DNA from: Pecten maximus
Lineage: Eukaryota
Direction of reading: 5' to 3'
Assembly: GCF_902652985.1 (NCBI RefSeq)
Contig: NC_047024.1
Location: forward strand, 31,124,001-31,188,000
DNA: 64,000 nt
Shown here: positions 1 to 10,500 of the stretch, piece after piece
Layout: each line of letters opens with the position of its first letter
How positions within the stretch are numbered: position 1 is the first letter of the stretch
Translations under genes and position numbers: made by a program
Notes under the pieces: model-generated
Seen by the model: only the letters and a program-made list of their open reading frames with translations
The model's database searches: none
What the model was told of the DNA's origin: nothing

Positions 1-255
1 GGTTTCAGAGAAGAAGTCGTTTATATCAATACCTCCAAATTGACCCCTTTTGGCCCCATCCCAGAGGCCCCCAGGGGGTCAGCTCCATCATTTGTACAAT
101 TTTGAGTCCCCTACCCATAGGGATGCTTCTGACCAAATTTGTTCAAATTCTGATCAGCGGTTATGAAGAAGAAGTCAATTGTTGACGGACGGACGGACGG
201 ACGCCACGGTATGGCATAAGCTCACCTTGGTCCTTCGGACCAGGTGAGCTAAAAA
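1..255. mobile_element. End of a pearl/HINE-like (Helentron-associated) non-autonomous element, truncated by the window edge
   Basis: Core-like sequence, then a (GACG)n microsatellite at about 184-203, then a terminal hairpin AGCTCACC-TTGGTCC-TTC-GGACCA-GGTGAGCT (219-250) and an A-run. This is the layout of bivalve pearl/DINE-1-like elements. Confidence 0.7.
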
Positions 256-818
256 TGAATCCGATTCGGAAATCTGGATCTTATTTGAGAGATTTAGACA
301 ATGCCAGTAAAGGTATCACTTAGACACTTTACTTTATTTTACTGCAGATTTTAACATTCTGACATTTACCTTCTGATAATGATATTTACAATCAAAAGAT
401 GCACACAGGTCTTAATATAGATATGAAATGTAGATTTACATGTTACATTATGCATATATAACATCATATTTCAGTGTTTAATTAATCAAAGTTAAGATAC
501 AAAAAAAAAGTAAAATAAAATAAAAAGTATTTCCGACCTACCTACCCTATTTTTTTGGGCACGTTAGTGGAAACACAGCAAATTTTTTTTGGGCTGATGA
601 TTTCAATTTCTCTTGTTTTTTTCCCCCATTGCATTGCAAGGAAAAGCATTTAAATCAAAGAATTAAAATTAAACACAACTTTGTGATGTAAATTTTAGCG
701 TAAAATGCTGCATGACCAGACATTCTTTTACAATCAATGCCTTCATTTAAGGACATATTTAAGCTCACCTAAATAGATTAAGTTCAACCACACAATTAAA
801 ATACACAATCATGCTTAC

Positions 819-979
819 CTAAGGAAAGGTTTTGAGACAACCCCTTGCATCTGTTTGACACATTGTGTCTCACACACCCAGATACTAAGATCCACAGCTA
901 AAACCTGTCCCTTCAGCTCCAATAGTTCCTGGTGTTGTTTCACAGGACCCAGAATCTGCCATAAGTTTAGCACACCCAT
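819..979 (-). CDS. GEN1: GEN1 Holliday-junction 5' flap endonuclease (XPG/Rad2 family), first coding exon; the rest of the gene lies left of the window
   Basis: Minus strand from ATG at 979 reads MGVLNLWQILGPVKQHQELLELKGQVLAVDLSIWVCETQCVKQMQGVVSKPFL(R), closely matching the GEN1 XPG-N start (MGVNDLWQILEPVKQH...IAVDLSLWVCE...KPHLR). Phase-2 GTAAGC donor at 818. Pyrimidine-rich ACAG acceptor upstream, so the exon starts at 996. Confidence 0.92.
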
Positions 980-3016
980 TCTTGTAGAACATCAACCTGT
1001 TCAAGTAAAAGGAGATGTACAAACAAAGGTTTTGAAAATGTCTTTTTTTTCTGTATTGCCCTAATGAAGGGAACCTATACATTTAAATTGAATATCTTTT
1101 TAGAACCTAGCAATAACATTAAAGGGTTGTTTACAGATGAACTTTGTATCATAGAAAACATGCATAAAATTAACTGTTTTCACACACTTTCTCCCTCATT
1201 TTGGATGTGGAATGAGTGTGATTTCCATCATTGGAGGTTCCAGAGGATGACGTATGAAAAAGGGTGACTGATCAGACAATGACCACCATCTGACAGTGGG
1301 CTAAAATCTGGTCCAATAGAAAGTACATGGATACTAATAAGATACTTAATGCATGTTCCAATTATCATTATAGTGGATTTAATTTGGAAATAAATAAGTC
1401 ATTAATACAAAAATGATGCTGCAAGCTATGATTTTTCACTTTTCATAAGAGTAAATATAATCAGTGCATTAATGAAGAATTATGGATAGGTGTTATGCAC
1501 TGGTTCACATATAGGTTATAGTATCATGAACCCTGTAGATGGGTAATAGTCCTGCATTTGAGAAGAAGCTACTACTTTGAGTAATAAATAATAAATAAAT
1601 TACTCAAATGCAGGATAATTTAAAATAGAAACACAGAAATTTCTTTTATACATTTGTAGCAAAAAAGGCATCATATTTTTAATATGACTCCATAACCAAA
1701 TTGATATGGTGCATTTTTACACAAAAAGGAAATTCAGTTGTCTGCTTTTTGTAAAAGTCACAAACTTTATTACCTCCATTGATTATAATATGGCTAAATA
1801 TATATAGAACACAGTTAAATTCATGCTCACCTATGATATTTGCACCAATTATGCTCCCAATGGCTATCACTGTGTAGTCGATGGAGAAAGTTAGTGATAT
1901 AAAATGTCATTATAGCACAAAGTCAGATAACAGAAGTGAACGGTTCTTCTGCAGATGCAGTGTCACATTGGTTATATTGGGTAATGTTAAAAAGATAACA
2001 CCCTTTTTGTTACAAATCCATAAAAGAACTTTGTGTTTCTATTTCAAATTATTGTGCATTTGAGTAACATATAATTACACAAAGTAGATACTGTTACTCA
2101 AATGCAGATGCGGGGTTATGCCAAACCTGTAGAATTCACTTAGATAATAATCTCCCCTAAATATCTTACATAAGATATAAGAAGTAATTTAATCTATACC
2201 ATATCTCCCTGGACTTTTGAATCTGACACTTATATGGAGGAGCATAGCCACTTATACCCTAATCAGTGTTGTTGAAATACATTGTTGTAGTAATCAGTGT
2301 ATATTAGGTGTTTCAGTACACTTGTGTCGATTATGATGAGAAATAACCAAACAGTTCATAATCAATGATTTGATGTGGTATACTTGTTAAGAGACAGTTA
2401 CAGAAACATTAAAAGCAGATATTTCAATATGAATTAAGATATAATAACCTACTTTATTATTGGAATATAATCATAATCTATATTTATACATCTATATATA
2501 TATATACGTATATCAAATACAGAGAGCTTACCATCTAAAATTAGAGTTTATCTGCATGGTTTTACATGAATATATTGAATAGCCTTTTTTATCATCAAAA
2601 TTATCAATAAAACACTATTTTGATCAGTTAAACACTTATAAAATGACATTATTGTAACTTTTTCACAAAAAAAAACCCTCCGAACTCTTTAGTTTTTCAT
2701 TACACACCAAAGTTTGCAAGTTAACCATACAACGGTACGTTTGTGGCTAAATCGTGTAGACTTATTCCAGGTTTTGTCTCGACACAGGCGACCCGGTTAC
2801 CTGTGCACGAACGTTGCCATTCAGACGTCGGCTGGTCAATTTTGCGTTAAATTTCTCAAATTTTGTCTGTTTGTTACAAAAGTTTTTTGTCAAGTACTGA
2901 TCAACGTCAGTAATTTATTGATATCAACCAATTGGCATTAATGTAATAAAATTCTTTTGAGCATTCCTCCGTTATTATATCTGACGATATCGAATATTTT
3001 TGTGAAATAGTCGTAT

Positions 3017-3100
3017 CACAGGTCCTAACCTCGTCTGTCAATACATCCAATATATAATATTATATATTGGATGTATTGACAGACGAGGCTAGGACCTGTG
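3017..3100. mobile_element. 84-bp fold-back (palindromic) MITE with 7-bp target-site duplication
   Basis: CACAGGTCCTAACCTCGTCTGTCAATACATCCAATATATAAT...ATTATATATTGGATGTATTGACAGACGAGGCTAGGACCTGTG is a near-perfect palindrome. GTCGTAT flanks both sides (3010-3016, 3101-3107). Confidence 0.7.
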
Positions 3101-3169
3101 GTCGTATCAGGTTTACGCTAGGTTGTGTACCTCCACACTATCACCACTGCAGCCATCTACTTTCTTTTT

Positions 3170-3420
3170 CGTATCTCGCGCCAATTCCCGCGAAATCGTA
3201 AAAATTCTCGTTTGTATAATATAGCTATTATTGCGTTTAAACTTTATTTTCATGTAATCCAAACTTTAATAATATAGTAAAATAAATAAATAATGTATGC
3301 ATACTAAAATAAACTTCTGTTTTTACAAACAGGATGTCAACAAAATCATGTGACTTTTTGCAGACGAATGTGCGCTGTTGCTTCCGCTTGTTCGCGCCAG
3401 ATTTCAAACACCTAAAGGTT
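3170..3420. promoter_or_regulatory. Putative bidirectional promoter (GEN1/BAZ1B) with E2F-like and CHR-like elements
   Basis: Local CpG enrichment. TCGCGCCAA and TTCCCGCGAAA at about 3176-3194. TTCGCGCC (3391-3398), a 4-nt spacer, then TTCAAA (3403-3408). YY1 motif CAAGATGGCGGC just downstream (3592-3603). Confidence 0.55.
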
Positions 3421-3448
3421 TACTCATTTTTAATGGGATAAATTAATT

Positions 3449-4560
3449 ATGCCACTCTTAGGCAAGAAGATTTTCGTCAGTGTGAAGCCTCTGAAGGATA
3501 TCCGATCAGATGAGAAAGTCTACACGGCCACACATTCTAAGGAACAGTTCCGATCTCAGAAGTATCTTTTCCAACAATCACCTGTGCGAACCAAGATGGC
3601 GGCGTACACTGAAATGAACAACACAATTTCATTATTTACGGATTTCTGTAAAACTGTTGAATGGATCTTCGGGAAACGTTCCCATAATTTTTGTTAAGAT
3701 GCTTTGATTATTTTCTCATGGTAAATTGACAATTATTCTGTGCTTTTGATTAGAAAAAACTTTACCGGCATTTTTGTCAGTTTTTCGTTAAAAGCGTGTT
3801 TACGTCACTAAGGTGATCACGTGGGCCCGGGGGTGGGGATTCTGGACGTTTATATACAATACCTAATAGTACCCATACGATAAAAATAGCTAGAAGTGCC
3901 AGAATCATGGTGATTATTTATCCACAATTTTGCCGCCATTTTCATTGTGCTTACACTGAAGGTGGTCGGCCGGGTGCTTCACATGGTAATTTTGCCTTTA
4001 GTGTTTATCTGTTTGATTCTGCTAATACCTCTCTCATTTAAAATCTGAGTCGTATACTTTAGTACTTGTAATTTCAATGACATTGAAACATTTAAAGTTC
4101 AAGATTTAAATTATTGTTTTATTACACATTTTGTGTAAAGCCACAAATTAATTTTGAGACTTGTCACTTCAGCTGATGAGAAGACAGTTTTTGAGGGACT
4201 GTACCTGAGTTCACAATCAAACTAGACTTAGTGTTCAAATGCGACAGATAAAATTTAGAGAAAGAAATATGTGTTTATGTAGATCTATATGTTTATTTTG
4301 TTAGCATTTCTACAAATGTAAGAATTTAAGTTAATTTGATGTCTTTTTGATACAAAAGCATTGTTATTCCCTAACACTTCTCAGAGAATTTGATGAGCGA
4401 ACAGCCTGGTATAATGAAAGAATATGGACTTGTCGTTGCACGGGTCACACCAATCTAACTCATCAGGAAGCCTGGAACTCAGAGAAAATTGTCAACAAAT
4501 CTCTTAAACAGCAATTCCCAAGTTTTCACCATAAACCAGTTTTGGAACTTGTACATCACA
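3449..4560 (+). CDS. BAZ1B: BAZ1B exons 1-2, WAC domain
   Basis: Exons 3449-3561 and 4385-4560 join to give ...HSKEQFRSQKEFDERTAWYNERIWTCRCTGHTNLTHQEAWNSE...VLELVHH. Confidence 0.92.
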
Positions 4561-7500
4561 GTAAGTTGGCAATACATGTACAGTCATATATATGTTTCTT
4601 CTGTGAATTAAAATCTTATGAAAGTATCTGTAAATATCCCCAAAATGCAATGACATCACAGTATGATTTTAAAATCAAGCATGCAATGTTTATGCTTAGT
4701 TTTAATATCAATGTCCATTAACCTGCTTTACCCTTAATTAGTTCTATAATTAGGGTCTTCATATTCATTCTACAATTTCACATTTGTTTTTAACGAATAT
4801 TAAGTTTAAAAAAATCAATTTTAGGCTGATTGTAAAGTTTCTCATTTTCAGGTACGTTGACACTGGACACATTAGTTGATCAAGCTTGGCTTTTGCTACA
4901 ACAGGTTCTGTCATTGGATGAAGTAGTGTCTCTTAAGGTTAAAGCAGCTGGGAAATTGTAAGTTTATAGAAAAACGCTTGCATTTTCTTGATGGAATTCA
5001 TTAATTTTTTTATTCGCAAACAATTCTCCTATGTTTTGATGAACAATTCGTAGTAAATGTTAAGGGTTGGGATAAAGAAAAACATTGATCACACTTCATG
5101 TTCTGGTGGTGACCATTAATGATTTCAAATAAAAGTTTCTTCATGGAACATTGGAAAATCAAACTGACATCAGTGGTGTTGAACCCCTTAATAATCTAAT
5201 TATCTAATCATGTTAGCAGCTGTTGTCTAAAATGATTGTAAAAATTCAAGTGATTTTTGGGTCTTGGATATTTGAGTCCAAAGCTCAAACTTGATTTACT
5301 GCCAACTGTAGTCTATATCTCTTAGCATTGGGACTTACTAAAATTTTGGAAATGGTGTTTGTGACTCTCCAGAGAAAAAATCCTACCAAAGTATTAAGTT
5401 ATGTTATGTTCAGCAGATTGTATGACATTTCAGTAAATGGATGATATAAATTGAATGTTGTGCAGTCAAAATTGTATGACCTTAAACCTTGATTGATCTG
5501 ACTTCTTGAATAACATTTACTACATGTAAACATAAATATTAAAGCCTCATTAATAATAGATATTTAATCAGGAGACTTATTTTTTTCAGTATTTTGTATG
5601 GTTTATCTTTCTGATTTACAGGATAAAAGGGCGTGTCATCAAAGTCAACAAAGCTGGTGTTGAAGTAAGTAACAATAATCTAAAAGCGACCTATAGATAG
5701 AAATAAGGATGAAAAATTATCATTTAACTAACTATTGCATCAATTTGCATCAATTATTCAAAGTATCTTCACTTTTAAATAACATTTTTCTCTTGTGCAA
5801 ATAATTATTAAAATTGCATTTCTATGAATTCCAATTTCAAAAGTATTGAGGAAGAAACTATTATATTAGCAATGAACTAATAATGTACTTATTTTCCCTG
5901 ACAGGCAAATCCTACAAGCAACTGTAACTCGCCTTCTAGTGACAAGGAAAACTCTGTTGAGGATAGTAATAGTTCCCCACAGAAATGGCAACCTCCAAAG
6001 GTAATGTTGGGATGTCTGTTTGTTGTACCAGCAGTGTTATTAAATCAGTATCCTTAAATAAACAAACAAAAATAGAATGCTAAATTGTAACCATGTGCCA
6101 TCGGTTAAAGGAATGTAAAAAAAATTTGACATGCAGAGGTTGAGAAAAGTTGCAATTAATCTAATGCTATGATATGGTCATAATGTTAAAATCAGGATTT
6201 ATTTTTCAAAATCTCCTGCCATTATTGTTCGCAGTTCTGTTTATATGTATAATATGAATCATTGTTTAATGATTATGTGAGTTTTGAACTTTATAATTTT
6301 TCTAACTAGTTGCTGCCTTACAAGTACAGTTTGCGTCTAGAGGATGAAGACAAAGTCATCAACGAAATCCCAGCTGTAGACATAAGGTGATACAGTGTGT
6401 CTTTGTGGTATTTTAAAATCTTATATTTCTTTTTCAATCATATAAAACCATATCTGATATAAGATAAATTCTGCAAGATGGTCTCATCAACTGATTATAG
6501 TCAGTATGAAATATTTCCCCCCACCCCTTAAAAACATAACTGATGGTTAAATTAGCTACTGCCTGCACTGCAGGTAAATCAAATGCTCATAATCCTAGCA
6601 TTGGTTTTGTTTTATGGATGTAGTCGACTGGAGAAAGTGCCATCCAAGGAGCTGCTGAGATTTTTTATTCGAGCCAACGCCCTGAGGGTAGGGCAAAACC
6701 AGACCAGCCCATGGGTCGTGGATGACATTCGGGTCAAAGAGTTTGGTCTGCCCAACAAATTTGCTCACTTCTTGCTCTCTCCTATCAAAGTAAGCAAGCT
6801 ATATGTAAAATAGATACCAGATTATTTTAAATAACATGTGGAGGGAATTTGAATTTTTATTTGATTTTCATGAGATGCTGATATCGGGTTCAATATTCAT
6901 TATACTAAATTTGAGTGTTACCTATGTTTAAACTTATAACTTGAAAACTAATAAATTTGTTTTTTGTTTTAACCTTGAGTCATGAATATTTTATATCATT
7001 AGTGTTATTGAGATTTTTTTACTGTTGTGGTGTATCAATATTTCTATTTCTATTTCTATTTGTATTAACATGTTTTTAATTGTATTTTGAGAAAGAGAAA
7101 AGGATTGTCAAACTGTATACATACAAGTAAGGTCTATCTCCTGAATTCTCACAAGAAAGAGTAATTTCTTATAAACTTTAAAAGTCTGTACTATTATCCA
7201 TACAATCACATTGTCAGTATGTCTTTTTGCTTCAGACAGCAGAGATGAACAACAAAGAGGAACATGAAACAGTTTCTAAAAAAAGAAAACTTTCATTGCA
7301 ACCTGGCCCTGCTTCAAAGAAGGCCAAGATAGATAAAGTCAACAGTGTAAAGAAAACCAAGGACAATGACAAAACAAAACAAACAAAATTAATTGGGTCA
7401 TCCCTTAAAAAGTCCTCATCAGTAACAAAGTTGAAAACAAATGACAAAGCTTCTCCGAAGAAGTCACCAAAGAAATATAAAACCCCTGAAATAGTAGATA

Positions 7501-10500
7501 TAGTCACTGACTCAAGTAGCGATGATGAGGATTGTCCTCTAGCAAAGCTCCAGTCATCTCCTTCAAAGAATAAAACACCCACTAAAAAATCTTCACCTAA
7601 AAAGGAAACAAAGATGTCTAAAGCAAAGAAGGAAAAACAAAAATCGAAAGTACAGAAGGACAAGAAAAAATCTCTAAAGAAAAATAAGAAATCTGTTCTC
7701 GAAAAGAAAAAAGGCGACAGCAAAAACACCTCTAATAAACGAAAGGTCATTGAATTGGATAGTGATGATGATCAGCCACTGTCAAAGCTGAAACAATCTC
7801 CCAAGAAGGTATGTAAAACCTACAATACAGGTGTGGCTATCTGTAGCCTATCAAAGATTTATTTAGAAAATGAAAATATCCATGAATATGGTTCTATAAA
7901 ACGAAAATCTATGTGTTTATAAAAGTATTGAAATTTGAAGTTTTCTTACTTTGGTATTAACAGGTTAAGGAAAAAATTATATATATTTAAAAATATGTTT
8001 TAAGTTTCTTTTCTTTTTTTCTCTTTTTTTAAACAAAGAATAATCAGCTCTGAACATTCATTAGTACCTGTGCATCTTTTTATTCTATTTAACAGAATAT
8101 GAAGCAGATGACTCTTTTTGAAATGTCAAAAAAGAAAGGGTTAAAAACTCCAGAAAAGAGGAAATCAACCTGTGGCAGCAACAGCACTCCAGATAAAGGA
8201 ACCAAGACACCTGACAGGAAGAAGGTGATGTCCCCACCAAGGACTCCTGCCATAGTGTCCAAGATGCTTCAAGCTAAAAAGACGGAGGACCAGGCCAAGT
8301 TTAAGCTGTTTGTTCAGCAGGCTGCTAAAATCCTGACTTCACCACAGAGGAAACGCTTACCTCCCGAGATCAAGGAGAGTGTGGAGCGCAAATACGAGCT
8401 CATCGCTGAGAAAAAGAAATTGTAATTGAATTGTTTTTGTTGTGCTTTTGACTTTCATAAGAGTCATTCCGTAATTGGCAATTACATTCTCAATTGAAGT
8501 GTACCTCAGTGATATGCTATGGGTAAAATATAACCCTGCTAATGCAAACTCACCTGTTCCAAACTCCAAATCTAAATCAAATTTTATCATCTCTGAAATT
8601 AAATACATTTTTTAATTAAAATATATATGTATGTTTTGTAGAAGCAAAATGACACCAGAACAAAAAGAAGCTTACTTAAAAGAAAAGCAGGAAAATTTGA
8701 AACGGAAACGTGATGAACGAAAACAGGAAATGAAGCAGAAAAACAAAGAAAGGATGAAAGAGTTGAATAAGGTAAGGATATAGAGGACTATTCCATTAAC
8801 ATATCTTCCTGACCCAAGGACTCCACAATAAATCACTGCTCATCATGGTTGGATTGCCTCCATATTACCTCAGTATAATTTGTTAAAATCAGTAGGTGGT
8901 ACCCCTTAACCAAACCTGGGGAGTCCTCGGGTGGGGTAGATGTCTTACTAGAAAAGCCTGTTAACATTTTACCTTTTTCAAAAAAAAATGATGCCCTATT
9001 CACTTTTAAATAATTTTGTGTTGCAAATTATTCATATTGCTTGCTAAACCTGTTCCTAATTCTTTCAGAAATATGAGGATCAGAAGCTGACTGGCAAGCC
9101 ACTTCCTCCTCCTAAACTTGTACCCACCCCAGATGGATTTCCAAATGAAATGTTTGGTGATGTTGCTTTTATTGCGGAATTCATCAACTGTTACTCTGGT
9201 CTTCTTATGCCAGATGAAAATTATCCCTTAAGGACGGGTAAGTCTTTATCCCATACAGACAGTTTTTATCCATATGCACGGGTAAATTTTTATCCATATG
9301 CACGGGTAAATTTTTATCCCTTATGGACTGGTAAGAGTTTTTAACAAAGCCACATTGGAATAATTATTACATTTGCTAGCATAAGTCCTCACTGTATATG
9401 AACAGGAATGCCTTTTAAAAACCTGTTGAACTAGCATGCTAAATTTATTAGTGTTAGGGATAATGTATTATATATATATTACTGATTATTATTTGATAAA
9501 CAGAAATGTGTTGTGTAATTCATGCATGCTTGAATTTGAGCCTACAATATTTAGTTTAGAAATTCAAGATTAAATATAGTGCTGAAATAGAGTCATGGGG
9601 TATATTATTCAACTTGGTGAATCTCCAAGCCATGTCATGTTAATCGTTTGTTTATTTCAGATGCGCTGATGAAAGCCTTGTCCTGTGGAAATGAAGGGTT
9701 TACCTATCTGTCACGTGCCTTAGTAGTTCTTCTTCAGACTCTACTGCAAGATGAAATCTCAGAGGTATGCTTCCTCACACATTTACAAAGATGTAGTTAA
9801 TAGTTTCCCAGTTTGTTTAAAACATCCACATTAGTAATAATTGTACATATGTGGGGTAGTATAGTGCCCCAGTAAGAACCAGAAGGACAGTAGGAGCTTC
9901 TTGTCTTTTTCCGTTCTTTACATCTTTATGCACCTTACCTTGTGCAGGCTCCATCTCATTCACTGCTTGTCACCGGCACTTCATATTTGGCCATGTGTTC
10001 ACCTAGGAGAGGCAACGTATCATGTCTAAAAGTAGGTCACTATGACTACATTTTGTCCTTTGACCTATGTCTAAGAAAAAAACATGTCCAGACTACAATA
10101 ACTGTCACTGGAGCTTCATACTTTGGATATTAGTTCATCATGTTGAAGCAGTGTGTTAGGTATCAAAATAGGTCACTCTGAACTACAGTTTGACTTTAGG
10201 TCTACGCCGAGTGTGTGAGTATTGTTTGCTGAATTTTCATGTTTCCTTTTAAATCCTGTACCTGTATATGGTACAGCATGATTAGAAATTGTTCTTTGTA
10301 ATTTAGATTTATCAAATATAATGGCATGCTGTAGTGACGACAAAGGGTCTGGTCTCTATTGAATTTATTACACTTAGTATGATAAGTTGCTTTCAAAACT
10401 GAGGTCAGTTATACAGCATGGGACCATACATCAGGTGGAGATCTGAGGTAGGAGTTTAGTCCCAACCTGAGGAAGTTTCTGTTTCTCAGTTGCTCCGTAA

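Noticed and set aside
1463-1532. SECIS-like ATGA...AA...GA hairpins
   Set aside because: Stem lengths and spacing are too short for a SECIS, and there is no credible selenoprotein ORF.
7232-7750. 172-aa hydrophobic Phe/Leu-rich minus-strand ORF
   Set aside because: Antisense shadow of the Lys-rich BAZ1B exon 8.
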